Assembly: GCA_963827235.1 (NCBI GenBank)
Contig: CAWHAE010000010.1
Coordinates: 384,001-448,000, forward strand
Source: an uncultured bacterium
GTDB taxonomy: Bacteria; Chloroflexota; UBA5177; JANWHV01
Length of the DNA stretch: 64,000 nucleotides
Direction of reading: 5' to 3'
Made by a program: the position numbers and the translations under genes. The notes beneath the pieces were generated by a model. It worked only from the letters and a program-made list of their open reading frames with translations. It was not told where the DNA came from and ran no database searches. Positions 40,020-50,994 of the stretch are shown piece by piece; positions within the stretch are counted from its first letter, which is position 1, and each line of letters opens with the position of its first letter.

Positions 40020-40035
40020 CGCCTCCCTCAGCCGC

Positions 40036-41136
40036 TCACGCGCCATCGCGCAGCGTGAACGCCACGCCCACGCTCGCCGCCGTCTCAATCAGGGTCTCTA
40101 CCGTGTGCGCGCTCAGCGGACAGCCCGAGGCCGCCCGCTGCCGGGCCGTGCGCAGCTCCGGCTCCCCCGGCAGCAGCACTTCCTCCACCCCCGCCACCGG
40201 GGGACTGGCCTTCAGGGCGTCGCAGAAGGCGTCCACCCGCTCCTGGTACTCCGCCAGGGAGGTGAAGGCCGTCACGTCCAACGCCTGCACGTAGTGCGCG
40301 ATGTCCACCCGCTGGCTGAAGTCTTCCCCCCAGCGCACGATGTGCGGCCCCCACTGCGTGCCCAGCAGCAGCGAGGAGGTGAACTCGATCATGGTGGCCA
40401 GGCCGTAGCCCTTGGCCCCACCCATGGGCAGCCCGGCATAGGTGGCGAACACCGCCGGGTCGGCCGAGGGCTCGGTCACCGGCCGCCCCTGGTCGTCGAT
40501 CACCCACCCCGCCGGCACCCGCTGGTGCTCCTGCGCCGCCTTGTAGTACTTGCCTCCCGCCACCACGCTGGTCGCCATGTCCACCGTCACCCCCGGCCAG
40601 CGCCGGCCGGCCGGGGCCGCCAGGGCCAGCGGGTTGGTGCCGAAGAAGCGCTGCCGCCCGTTGTAGGGCACCACGCTCGACTCCGCCGGCGACCACACCG
40701 TGCCCACACAGCCCTGTGCCGCCGCCCAGTTCACGTAGTAGGCCGCCGCCCCGAAGTGGTTGGAGTGCCGCACCAGCACCGTGCCCACCCCCTGCTCCCG
40801 CGCCAGCGCCACCGCCTGCTCCATGGCCCGCACCGTGGCCAGGTGCCCCATGCCGCCGTCCGCGTCCAGCACGCCCACCGCGCCCCGCCGCCGCTCGAAG
40901 CGCAGCCGCGGCGTGGGGTTGATCAGCCCCAGGCGCAGCCGCTTGACGTACAGGCGCAGGTTGAAGGCGCCGTGCGTATCCACGCCGCGCAGGTTGGCGT
41001 CGACGATCACCTCCGCGCACAGGGCGGCCTCCTCCGCGGGCATGCCGGCCCCGGCCAGCAGGGCGCCGGCAAAGCGGCGCAGGCTCTGGGCGGAGACCAC
41101 GATGTCGCGGACCGTGGCGCGCTCATTCTCGTGCAT
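40036..41136 (-). CDS. Ldh_2 family oxidoreductase (malate/L-sulfolactate/2,3-diketogulonate reductase-like)
   Basis: GVDTHG, SNHFG, FGTNPLA, DMATS, GGAKGYGL, LLPGEPE. Confidence 0.92.
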   Translation of the reverse strand: MHENERATVRDIVVSAQSLRRFAGALLAGAGMPAEEAALCAEVIVDANLRGVDTHGAFNLRLYVKRLRLGLINPTPRLRFERRRGAVGVLDADGGMGHLATVRAMEQAVALAREQGVGTVLVRHSNHFGAAAYYVNWAAAQGCVGTVWSPAESSVVPYNGRQRFFGTNPLALAAPAGRRWPGVTVDMATSVVAGGKYYKAAQEHQRVPAGWVIDDQGRPVTEPSADPAVFATYAGLPMGGAKGYGLATMIEFTSSLLLGTQWGPHIVRWGEDFSQRVDIAHYVQALDVTAFTSLAEYQERVDAFCDALKASPPVAGVEEVLLPGEPELRTARQRAASGCPLSAHTVETLIETAASVGVAFTLRDGA

Positions 41137-41256
41137 GGCTGTTCGTTCCTTGTCCCACTCTCGCTGCTCTCGCGGTGCGCAGCGGCACCCCCGTCCCACC
41201 GCCGGACTCAGCCGTGCGGCGCGACGGACGCGCCATCCCCGCGCCGTGCCGCCCTC

Positions 41257-41298
41257 ACCATACCGCAGATCCCTGCCGTGGTCAACTGTTGACAGTAC
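41257..41298 (-). promoter_or_regulatory. Promoter with GntR-type operator overlapping -35
   Basis: Minus strand GTACTGTCAACAG-TTGACC-17bp-TATGGT. Confidence 0.7.
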
Positions 41299-41400
41299 TC
41301 TCTGAGTCGTGCGGAGCGAACGCCGATAAGCAAGCGCGCGCCCGGTTCAACCTGCGCGCCTGTCGGGGCATCTCCGGACGACCACCGGCGAAATCAGCGG

Positions 41401-42678
41401 TCAGCTGATCGGGTACGAACGGTACGATTTGACTGCCTCGTAGAGCGACAGCAGGTTCTCGGCCGGTACTCCGGCCTGCACGTTGTGTATCGTATTGAAG
41501 ATGAAGCCGCCTCCGGGACCAAAGGTGCGCATTCGCTCTCGCACCATCTCTCGAATCTCGGCCGGCGTGCCGAACGGCAGCACGTGCTGGGTGTCGATTC
41601 CGCCGCCCCAGAACGTCAGCCTGTCTCCGAACCGCTCTTTCAGTCTGGCCGGGTCCATCTCGGCTGCCGAGGTCTGCACAGGATTCACGCCGTCGAAGCC
41701 GGCTTCCACGATGTCGTCGAGCAACCTCCAGATAGAGCCACAGGAGTGAATGACGCACTTCCACGAGGTAGTGGCGTGGATCCAGTCGTTCACTCGTGCG
41801 TGGAAGGGCTTGAACAGCGTTCTGTAGGTCTTCGGTGCAATGAACGGACCATGTTGGGCGCCGAAGTCCGCGGCAGTCACGCGAACAGCGGAGACGTTGT
41901 CGCCGACGGCGCGACTGATTCGCTCGAGGTTCTTGAGCGCGATAGCACACTGGCGGTCGAAGACCTCGTGGATGTAGTCTCGGCGCGTGCTCAGACTGAC
42001 ATACCATTCCTCGACGTCGCGAATGCCCTTAGGGTGCCGCAGTTTGAGCCCCGGCACTGTGCCTATGTCCCCAAATGAGGTTCCGCCGAAATTCGCCATG
42101 ACCGCCCTGCCAGTAGCTGCCAGTCGAGCGCTTTCCCGGCGGAGATAGGAGAGGTCTGCATCGCTGATCTCGCCAAACTCCTCCAGATTGTCGTCCACGT
42201 TCAGCGTGTCGTCGTCTATAGGCTGCTGGCGGATAATGGCGTCGAAGTAGAACCCGCCCTTGGGCATCCGCGCGGAGGCCGGCGCCGAGGTGTCGCCAAG
42301 CGGGTACTGGAGAACGTCCCCGTTTGCCTCCGGTTCCGTGTTGAAGAGCTCCGGGACCAGTACCGGCGTGCCGTCAAACGTGGTCCACGGCTTCCAGCCT
42401 TCGTTTCTGAAACCGAACGAATTGACCGGCAGGCTCAAGCCGACCACGTCGACGCCGAGTGCCTCGACCAGATCGGGCCCGATCTCGCCAAGCATCTGGT
42501 ACGGCTGGACAACCTTGACTGGCGTGCCAGGTGGATCTAGCCGCAAGCCTTGCCTCAGCCTGTATACAGAGGATACGTGCATGCCCGTCTCAGAGGTGCT
42601 GCCAAGGTCGAGGGGAACGCGATCGGGTTCCTGATGCTGCAAGCTGAGCTCGACCCGCGCCCGCGATGTCAATGCCAT
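41401..42678 (-). CDS. Uroporphyrinogen decarboxylase/MtaA-like family protein (long form)
   Basis: HQEPDRVPLDLG, ADFGAQ, IHSCG, NPVQTSA, WGGGIDTQ, IHNVQAGVPAEN. Confidence 0.92.
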   Translation of the reverse strand: MALTSRARVELSLQHQEPDRVPLDLGSTSETGMHVSSVYRLRQGLRLDPPGTPVKVVQPYQMLGEIGPDLVEALGVDVVGLSLPVNSFGFRNEGWKPWTTFDGTPVLVPELFNTEPEANGDVLQYPLGDTSAPASARMPKGGFYFDAIIRQQPIDDDTLNVDDNLEEFGEISDADLSYLRRESARLAATGRAVMANFGGTSFGDIGTVPGLKLRHPKGIRDVEEWYVSLSTRRDYIHEVFDRQCAIALKNLERISRAVGDNVSAVRVTAADFGAQHGPFIAPKTYRTLFKPFHARVNDWIHATTSWKCVIHSCGSIWRLLDDIVEAGFDGVNPVQTSAAEMDPARLKERFGDRLTFWGGGIDTQHVLPFGTPAEIREMVRERMRTFGPGGGFIFNTIHNVQAGVPAENLLSLYEAVKSYRSYPIS

Positions 42679-42903
42679 TGCCGTCTCCCCCTTTGCCAGC
42701 ACAACGTTCCGGAGTCCCGGAATGCCTGCAACCCAACCGGCCGAAGTGCACGAGCCCGGCTGCCGCACCGGCCTACTTCACACTCGGGTTCAGCCAGCAC
42801 CGGAGCGGCCGCCAACGCAACGACCACATGCAGGCCGGGTCGCGGTGCGATCGGACTTGCCCGGCCGGCCCGGCACTAACCTTACCGCGTGCACACGACA
42901 CTA

Positions 42904-42940
42904 GTCAACTGTTGACATACTCGACAGCGGATCGTAGGAT
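42904..42940 (+). promoter_or_regulatory. Promoter with GntR-type operator overlapping -35
   Basis: GTCAACTG-TTGACA(42912-42917)-17bp-TAGGAT(42935-42940). Confidence 0.78.
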
Positions 42941-43143
42941 CGTTCAATCAGCCCGCGGAGCCGAATGAGATGCTTCGGATCCGAGGTGGGCAGACGATGG
43001 CCTCGCTGACACGGCCACATTGTCGATCTGCCACGGATGCGGCAGGCTCAAGACGGCGGCACTCGGAGAACTTGTCCCTCTGCGAGGACCTGCCGAGCAG
43101 GCATCGGCAGCAGCGGCGGTCGCGAATCGGGAGGAGGCAGACA

Positions 43144-44388
43144 GTGAAAATCACCAAGCTGGAGACCATCTGGCTGGACGCACATCCGCACACCCTCTGG
43201 CTGCGCGTGCACACCGATACAGGTCTGGTGGGTTTGGGCGAGACCTACTATGCGCCGAGGGCTGTCGCCGCCCTGATCCACGACGTTCTGGCGAATCTTC
43301 TCATCGGGCGCTCCGCCTTCGATATTGAGCAGCACTGGGCGAACATGTTCGCCACGGTGAGCTTCTTCGGCTTCGCCGGGGCCGAGATGCGCGCGATGTC
43401 GGCCGTGGACATCGCGCTCTGGGATCTGGTGGGCCAGTACACCGGACAGCCGATCTATAACTTACTAGGCGGGCGCGTGCGAGAGCGCGTCAAGGTCTAC
43501 AACACCTGCTCGAGCTGGGGCCGATATCTCGACTATGAGGCGTGGAATCGGGACGCCGGTGCGCTGGCCCAGGATCTGCTGAGCTCCGGGATCTCGGCCA
43601 TGAAGATCTGGCCCTTCGATCGCGTGGCGGCACAGCTGGGATCGCCGCCCGGCCAGCGCATCAGCATTCAGGCGGCCGGCCCCCTGGCCCACTACCTTTC
43701 ACCTCAGGCTCTGCGTGAAGGCCTGAGACCGATCCAGCAGATTCGCGACGCGGTAGGCGAGGACATGGAGATCGCGATCGAGGGTCACTGTCGATGGGAC
43801 CTTCCGGCATCCATGACGATCGCCCACGCGCTGGCTCCCTATCGAGTGCTGTGGCTCGAGGAGATCATGCCGCCGGATAACCTCGATGCCTACGCGCGGC
43901 TTGCTGCGGCGTCGCCGGTGCCCATCTGTGCCAGCGAGCGACTGTTCACGCGCTTCGCCTTCCGCGAGCTGATCGAGCGGAAAGCCGTGCACATCGTCAT
44001 GCCGGACATTGTGTGGACGGGTGGACTCACGGAGACACGGAAGATTGCCGATCTGGCGGACGCGTACTGCCTGCCCATTACCACGCACGACACTGTCGGT
44101 CCGGTGGCCCTCTGGGCCGGCGCCCACCTGGCGCTGCACGCGCCGAACACCATGATGGTCGAGACGGTGAGGGGCTACTATCTCGGCTGGTATAACGACA
44201 TCCTTACGGAGGCGATCACGGTGCGTGAAGGCCAGCTCGATCTGGCCGGTCGCCCCGGTCTCGGCGCTGCCCTTCGTGATGAGGTGCTGCGGCGGCCGGA
44301 TGCGCACATTGAGGTCACAGCGGAGACGGACGTCAGGGAGTTGCCCATCGAGCCGGATCCGGCGGCCAGACAGGAGACGCCTCGATGA
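43144..44388 (+). CDS. Mandelate racemase/muconate lactonizing (enolase superfamily) acid-sugar dehydratase-like protein
   Basis: GLGET, SAVDIALWD, LLGG, MKIWPF, IEGH, WLEE, ASERL, HD..GP, PGLG. Confidence 0.92.
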   Translation: MKITKLETIWLDAHPHTLWLRVHTDTGLVGLGETYYAPRAVAALIHDVLANLLIGRSAFDIEQHWANMFATVSFFGFAGAEMRAMSAVDIALWDLVGQYTGQPIYNLLGGRVRERVKVYNTCSSWGRYLDYEAWNRDAGALAQDLLSSGISAMKIWPFDRVAAQLGSPPGQRISIQAAGPLAHYLSPQALREGLRPIQQIRDAVGEDMEIAIEGHCRWDLPASMTIAHALAPYRVLWLEEIMPPDNLDAYARLAAASPVPICASERLFTRFAFRELIERKAVHIVMPDIVWTGGLTETRKIADLADAYCLPITTHDTVGPVALWAGAHLALHAPNTMMVETVRGYYLGWYNDILTEAITVREGQLDLAGRPGLGAALRDEVLRRPDAHIEVTAETDVRELPIEPDPAARQETPR

Positions 44389-44547
44389 GCGGGCGTGCCC
44401 GGGTGCACGGACGCCGGTGAGAGATCGCGGACCGGCAGCCGATGCCAGCGCTCGACGCGCTTCCGGCCGGCGAAGCCTGACCTGCGCACGGCAGTCCGGG
44501 CGACGAGTGACGAGTTGTGGAGTTCGGTCCAGGCAGGAGAGCTGAGC

Positions 44548-45622
44548 ATGCAGGATTTCGCGTTGAGGTACACGGGTGACATGTGCGATGCGGACGGCAG
44601 CCCGACGTCCGACCTCGGTTGGGACCTGCTCGACGGGTCGCCGCACATCCACCGAGGCTTTCTGTCCGACCAGCAGCCGCGGCGCGACGACCCGTCATAT
44701 CACGATCGCCTCTACTCGCTACAGGTTGAGTCACATCATGTCGAGTCGTGCAACGGTATCGTCGTTTGCCGGCCGTGGGTCAAGGCTTCCGCGTTTGCCC
44801 GGGGCGCTGGGGTGCTGATCGGCATCGGGCGGGCCGGGATCGGCTACGACAAGATCGACCTGGCGGCCTGTACGGCGAACGACGTCGTGGTCTTCAACTC
44901 GCCCTACGGCCTGACGCATACGACGGCCTCGGCCGCGCTTTTCCTCATCTTGGGTTTGTCCCGGCGGTTCTACCTGCAAGAAAGAATCGTGCGCGAGTAC
45001 CGCTGGGACTTGCAGAACGAGGCGCTGGGTGATGACCTGAGCGGCCGGACGCTGGGTATCATCGGGCTGGGCAAGACCGGACTGGAGCTGGCCCGTCTCG
45101 TCGCGCCTTTTGACATGCGCATCATCGCCTATTCACCGCATGCCGATCCACGAGCGGCGAGCGCACTCGGCGTCACTCTGGTCGGCAGTCTCGACCAGGT
45201 TCTCCGCGACTCCGACTATCGTGAGTCTGCACTGCCGGCTTACCGAGCACACGCACGGCATGCTCGGCGAGCGCGAGCTGAGTCTCATGAAGCCGACGAG
45301 CTATATGGTGAACGTGGCACGCGGCGAGCTGATAGATGAGGAAGTGCTGGCGCGATTCCTGCATACGCGCAGGATTGCCGGCGCGGGCTTGGACGTATTC
45401 GTGACGGAGCCGCTACCGCGCTCCAGCCCATTGATGCATCTCGACAACGTCATCCTCACTCCGCACTGGCTTGCGTCCACGAGGCAGGCCGGGCGGGCCA
45501 CCATCGTGCCTATCGTAGAGGGCATGCTGCGGCTGTCACGAGGCCAACTGCCGGACAACATCCTCAACAGCGAGGTGCTGGATCGGCCCGGCTTCCAGGC
45601 CAAGCTCGGCCTCTACCGCTAG
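44548..45622 (+). CDS. D-2-hydroxyacid dehydrogenase; frameshift near 45218
   Basis: RAGIGYDKID and GLGKTG in ORF 44395; VSLHCRL, VNVARG, LDVF..EP, LTPH in ORF 45110. Confidence 0.85.
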
Positions 45623-45897
45623 ACCTATCTGCAATTGTCCGCCTTGACCTCCACAGTCTTCCGAGCCGCGGCAGGTCGGGCAGCGGCAGACTTCACGCGG
45701 TGCCGCGAGCCTACGCGGGAGGGAGTGGAGTGCATAGCATCTCTGCCCCTCGCCGGTGAGAGCAGCCCTCGTCCAGAGGGAGGAACCGAAACTGGAGCTA
45801 TGCTGCGGGGACCGCAGATCGGGCTCGGCCGCGTGCGGCGATGCGGAGCCCGCGGGCCTTCTGCCTGGTGCGACACCGGGCCGCGCGGCCCGATCCG

Positions 45898-45932
45898 TTG
45901 CGACTGATGTCGCCGTAGTGTATACTGTCGAC
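45898..45932 (+). promoter_or_regulatory. Promoter with GntR-type operator overlapping -10
   Basis: TTGCGA-17bp-TATACT within TGTATACTGTCGAC. Confidence 0.72.
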
Positions 45933-46136
45933 GGAATCACGCGCATAGCTCGACCAGAGTTGTGTATGGTCGTGGCATTCAACTCGACGGTCGTGACTCT
46001 GAGGCGCGGCAGCAGATGGGACCTGGGTGGCGTCGCCCGGCCATGCTGGAGATCGACTCGACCTTACCCCGGTTCGGTTGAATGACTCGCGGGCTCTCTA
46101 GCCCTGGGGAGACGATCGTGGTGCCGGAGCGGATCC

Positions 46137-47874
46137 ATGGAGAATGATCAGGCCTATCGGCGGCTGGGGCTGAACCCGGCTACCAATCCAGCTATCCTAG
46201 CAACGTCAACCTGGGATCCGGCGCGCGCCTGGCGGCAGGTACAGGAAGTTGGAGACCAGTGGCGAATCGGGCTCGGCGCGCTACGCGCCAAATCCGGCTG
46301 GTCGGCCTCCAACGGCACACGGGTGCACAGTGCCTCGGCGGCCGGTCGCGGCGCGGCGCTCTTCTGTCTCGCCGGCCTGGCCGACGGCCAGGAGGTTCTG
46401 CTCGAATTTGGTCGGGGCGGCGGCGGTCAGGCTCTGGGTGAGCCACTGGGCGTCTTGCGCCTCGGCGACGGCCTGAGCCTGTCGGCATATGTCACAGATG
46501 CATCTGTCGTGGATAGGTACTTGCGGCTGCTGGCTCCCGAGAAGGGTCCTCGACCGCTCGGGGCTACGCCGCGCCTAGGTATTGGCTGCCGCATGACCAC
46601 CGCGGTATGGCCCGGCGTGTTCCAGGCCATGAGCGGGCACGGCTTCGCGGCGAATCCCATTCAGAACTCCGTGCGCGAGCTCAGCCTCCTGGACGACGTG
46701 CTGGCCGGACGCCCGCCGGAGCGCAATTACGCCTGCGGCTTCGGCACCATCGAGAGCGGATATACCGGCAGCACCTACGAAGGTCTCTGGCTAGCCGGCG
46801 TACTCGCTGCCCTGCGGGAAGAGGCGACGCTTCGGTACGGTGCCGACGCGGATCATCTGCAGGTGAAGCGCGGCCCGGATGGTCGCGTACGAGCGCGGAA
46901 GCTGATCGAGGCCGCTCGCTACTACACCTTCTTCACCATGGACATGGCGGACATCCTGCGCTACGACGCGCTCGACGGAATCGCCGACATGGGATTTTCT
47001 GGAGCGGCATGCCGGCGACCCGGCAGAGCACAAAGCCATAGTTGCGCTCCATCGTGCGCCATTCCAGGTGGGGAGAGTCTCGTACGGCCCGAGCGATGAG
47101 TTGATCAACCGGCTGGCTGCGAAGTACTGGGACGCTCTCGACGCTCTCGAGAACCTGGCTGCCGATATCTCTACCCTGAAGGACGGCCAGACCTTCAATC
47201 TGGAGCTGACCGTCGACGAGCATCCCGCGGAGGTGGGCGCATTCGACTGCCTGACCAGCCCGGAAGAGCTGCTGTTCCTTCTGCGCGAGATCCAGCGCCG
47301 CGGCCTACCGGTCACGCACGTGGCGCCGAACTATGGGGCTGAGAAGGGATGGGACTACCGTGGCGCCGACGGCCTGGAGGCACTGGAGCGCCGCGTGGCG
47401 ACGCTGCAGGCTCTAGCAGGGCAGTTCGGCGTGATGCTGGATTTCCACTCCGCCGACGACCTTTCGGCGCCGGTACGGGCCGTGCTTCGCCGCGCCACCG
47501 GCGGATGGCTGCACTTCAAGATCTCCCCGATGCTCCAGCTACTCTTTGCGGACTTGCTTCAGGAGCAGCACCCGGAGACTTTCCTCCGCTGGTGGGCCGA
47601 TTCGCTGGACTACGCGCGACGTGAGGCAGAGGCCGGATCGGACTTCGCCGCGGAGTGCTTGCGCGCTTTCGAGAATAGCGCCGACCGGACTCCCTCCCGT
47701 CGCCACCAGGTGTTCCACCACTACGGGTTCGCCTACGTGGGACGCCGCTCCGCAGAGGGCAGGCTGGAAAACCGTGAGCAGTTCTACACCTTGCCATCCG
47801 AGTTCTACCGCGCGTACCAGCAGCGTCTTGCCGACTATGTGGGCGGCCTGGCCGTGGACTTGTTTGAGAGGTAA
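46137..47874 (+). CDS. uxaE: Tagaturonate/fructuronate epimerase (UxaE) family; frameshift near 46985
   Basis: LGIGCR, QNSVREL, YGADADHL in ORF 46137; ELTVDE, HVAPN, FHSADD, HFKIS in ORF 47068. Confidence 0.75.
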
Positions 47875-47879
47875 CACGC

Positions 47880-48551
47880 ATGCAGCTATTCATCGATAGC
47901 TCCAACCCAGACGAGATCGTCAGGGCTACGGAATGGGGCATTATCGAGGGAGTGACCACGAACCCCTCGCTCATAGCCAAGGCGGGTCCGCACATGCGAG
48001 ACACGCTGCGGCGGATACTCGACGTAGCGCCCGGCGTCGTGCTCTGCCAGGCTGTTGGTTGGCACGACTGCGCTCGACTCGTGGCTCAAGCACACTGGCT
48101 GCACCGATTCAGCGAGCAGATCGTCGTCAAGCTGCCCATGAGCGCGGAAGGGCTCCAGGCGCTGCAGCGCTTGAAACACGAAGATCCGTCGATGCGCATA
48201 GCCATGACGGCCGTCGCGTCGATCGCCCAGGCCTATCTGGCCGGGAAGTGCGGAGCCGATATCGTCGCCGTGTTCAACGGCCCACTGGATCAGGTTCTCG
48301 ACCAGCGCGTGGATCTCGTGGGGCCGATCAGGCGGATCTATCAGAACTACGGCTTCGCGACGAAGATTCTCTCCTGCGGGCGCTACCCGCGAGCCTTCGG
48401 AGAATTCGCGGTGGCGGGGAGCGATATCTGCACGCTGAAGCTCGAGTTCCTGAAGATGCTGTTCGAGCACCCATTCACGGACATGCGGATGCACGGATTC
48501 CTTGACGACTGGCAGGCAGTGTTCGCTGAAGCGACCTGGCCGGCCGAGTAA
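47880..48551 (+). CDS. Transaldolase/fructose-6-phosphate aldolase family (atypical)
   Basis: MQLFIDS, GVTTNPSL, VVKLP (Schiff-base Lys), RIYQNYGFATKIL. Confidence 0.9.
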   Translation: MQLFIDSSNPDEIVRATEWGIIEGVTTNPSLIAKAGPHMRDTLRRILDVAPGVVLCQAVGWHDCARLVAQAHWLHRFSEQIVVKLPMSAEGLQALQRLKHEDPSMRIAMTAVASIAQAYLAGKCGADIVAVFNGPLDQVLDQRVDLVGPIRRIYQNYGFATKILSCGRYPRAFGEFAVAGSDICTLKLEFLKMLFEHPFTDMRMHGFLDDWQAVFAEATWPAE

Positions 48552-49342
48552 TGGCTGAGAACGTTCTCGAGAGCTTCAAGCTGACGGACCAAGTCGCCGT
48601 GGTCACCGGGGGTGCGCGCGCGCTCGGCCGGCAGCACGCACTTGCCCTTGCCGAGGCCGGCGCGCGCGTGGCAGTGTGTGATCTGCTCGTCGAGGATGGC
48701 GAGAGCACTCGGGCGGACCTGGAAGCGCTTGGCCGTCCTGCCTACTTCGGGCAGGCCGACGTCGCCGATACCGGCCAAATCGACGCGTTTCTCGCGGACG
48801 TCGAGAGAGTGCTGGGACCGATAGACATTCTGGTCAACAACGCGGCAAGGCCGTCGGAGGGTGTCGCGCTGGAGACCGTCGACGACGATCTGTGGCGCGA
48901 GATCGTGGATGTGAATCTCTCGGGAGCGTTCTACGTGGGCAAGCGCGTGGCGCAACGCATGATCGCGCGTGGGCGCGGCGGAGTAATAATCAACATCGCG
49001 TCCATCAATGCCAGCGTGATCAGCAACATCCTACCGCGCCATAACGTTACCTACTGTGTAGCGAAGTCAGGAATTGCCCAGCTGACGCGAGGCATGGCCG
49101 CCGAATGGGCAGACTACGGCATCCGCGTGAACGCTCTCGCGCCCGGCTACATCCTGACGCCCCAGACCGCGGTCAGCGCCCGTAGCTCGGAGATCCGAGA
49201 GCGAATCATCGCGAGCACGCCCATGAAGCGGTACGGGAACCTGGACGAGCTGAAGGGGGCAATCGTGTTCCTTGCGTCCAGTGCCTCGTCCTTCATGACC
49301 GGCTCGGTCCTGTATGTCGACGGAGGGTTCACCATATGGTAG
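48551..49342 (+). CDS. SDR family oxidoreductase
   Basis: TGGARALG, NNAA, NIAS, YCVAK, NALAPG. Confidence 0.93.
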   Translation: MAENVLESFKLTDQVAVVTGGARALGRQHALALAEAGARVAVCDLLVEDGESTRADLEALGRPAYFGQADVADTGQIDAFLADVERVLGPIDILVNNAARPSEGVALETVDDDLWREIVDVNLSGAFYVGKRVAQRMIARGRGGVIINIASINASVISNILPRHNVTYCVAKSGIAQLTRGMAAEWADYGIRVNALAPGYILTPQTAVSARSSEIRERIIASTPMKRYGNLDELKGAIVFLASSASSFMTGSVLYVDGGFTIW

Positions 49343-50810
49343 CTGGGCAGACGCACGTGCGCACGTTTGAGAACTATATCGGCGGACGCTGGGTGAGCTG
49401 CAGCTCCGGAAGGACAGTGCCCGATGTCAATCCCGCCGATCGAGATGAGATCCTCTGCGAAGCACAGGCGTCGTCACCGTCCGATGTAGACGACGCCATG
49501 CAGGCGGCCGGCGAGGCCTTTCCCGCCTGGAGGCGTACGCCGGTGCCGGAGCGAGCGGCGGTCCTGCAGGAACTGGTGCGCGTGCTGAAAGAGCGCCGGG
49601 ATACCTTTGCACGCGCTATAACGCTGGAGAACGGCAAGACGTTGCGCGAGGCGGGCGCGGAGTTCGACGCGGCCGTGAAGGAAGCCGAGTTTCAGATCGG
49701 CGAGGGCCGCAGGCTGGGAGGCGATCACCTGCCTTCGGAGAGACCTGAGGTGTTGTGCTATGTCGGGCGCCAAGCGCTGGGCGTAGTGACTCTGATCACG
49801 CCATGGAACTTTCCGCTCAATGTGGCATGCAGAAAGCTCTTCCCGGCAGTGATCGCAGGGAACTGTTGCGTGCTCAAGCCGGCCGAGTTCACGCCGATGA
49901 CGGCAGCGCTCCTGGTGGAAATAGCACATCGGGTGGGTTTTCCTCCCGGCGTGATCAACCTGGTGACCGGACGGGCTCGGCAATCGGCGATCGACTGGTT
50001 ACTCACCCTGCGGTGCGAGCAGTCTCGTTTACCGGCTCGACCGAGGTGGGCCTGGGTATCGCGGCGAAGGTCGCGCGCCGACCAACCAGAGTTCAGCTCG
50101 AGATGGGTGGCAAGAATCCGCTGGTCGTGCTCGACGATGCCGACCTCGGGGCGGCGATGGAGGCGGCGCTGATAGGTGGCTACTCGTGCAGCGGGCAATG
50201 GTGTACCTCGACCAGCAGGGTGATTGTGGAAGCACCGGTGTACGACACGTTTCTCGAGATGCTGGTGGCCGGCACGGAACAGATTGTCGTGGGCAACGGC
50301 CTCGACGAACGGACGGGGATGGGTCCCGTGGCCGGGTCCAAGCAGTATCAGACCATCCTGGACTACATCGATGTGGGCAGGCGCGAAGGCGCGCGCCTCT
50401 GCCGTGGAGGCATCGCGCTCACCGACGTCGATCACGCCAGCGGATACTACGTGGCTCCGACCGTCTTTGCCGAGGTCATCCCGGGTATGAGGATCGCTCG
50501 AGAGGAGATCTTTGGCCCGGTTCTCTCTGTGATGCGCGCGACCGATTTCGACCACGCGCTGAATCTCGCCAACGGTTCTGACTATGGTCTGTCTGCCTCG
50601 ATCTACACCAATGACCTTGCACGGGCGCATCGCTTCGTCGAGGAAGCTGAGGTGGGTCTGTGTCACATCAACATGCCGACGTCCTGGAAGGAGCCGCAGC
50701 TCGAATTCGGCGGAGTGAAGGACTCTGCTCGAGGTCTGCCGGAAGCAGGAAGGACGGGAGCGCTGTTCTTTACGGATCACAAGGTCGTGTACATCAGGGC
50801 ACACATGTAG
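49336..50810 (+). CDS. Aldehyde dehydrogenase (2-oxoglutarate semialdehyde dehydrogenase-like); frameshift near 49972
   Basis: ITPWNFP, LKPAE in ORF 49336; FTGST, LEMGGKNP, GQWCT, EEIFGPV in ORF 49755. Confidence 0.88.
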
Positions 50811-50994
50811 CGCCGCGGACGTTCTTCGCACTCGTTGCAGGGTCGAGAGTACCGTCGGTGGCAGGTCTCCAGCGGCGTGTGTTCGGCGTGCACAGGCGAT
50901 CCGTGTTCCAGGCGCGCTGCCTGCCGCCAAACTCGCTTACACATCCGAACATACGCACGGGATATGTGGAGACTGCCAGAGGGCTGCCTAATTG

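Noticed and set aside
38052-40058. 668-aa plus-strand ORF
   Set aside because: Antisense shadow of the DHDPS-like and 2-hydroxyacid dehydrogenase genes.
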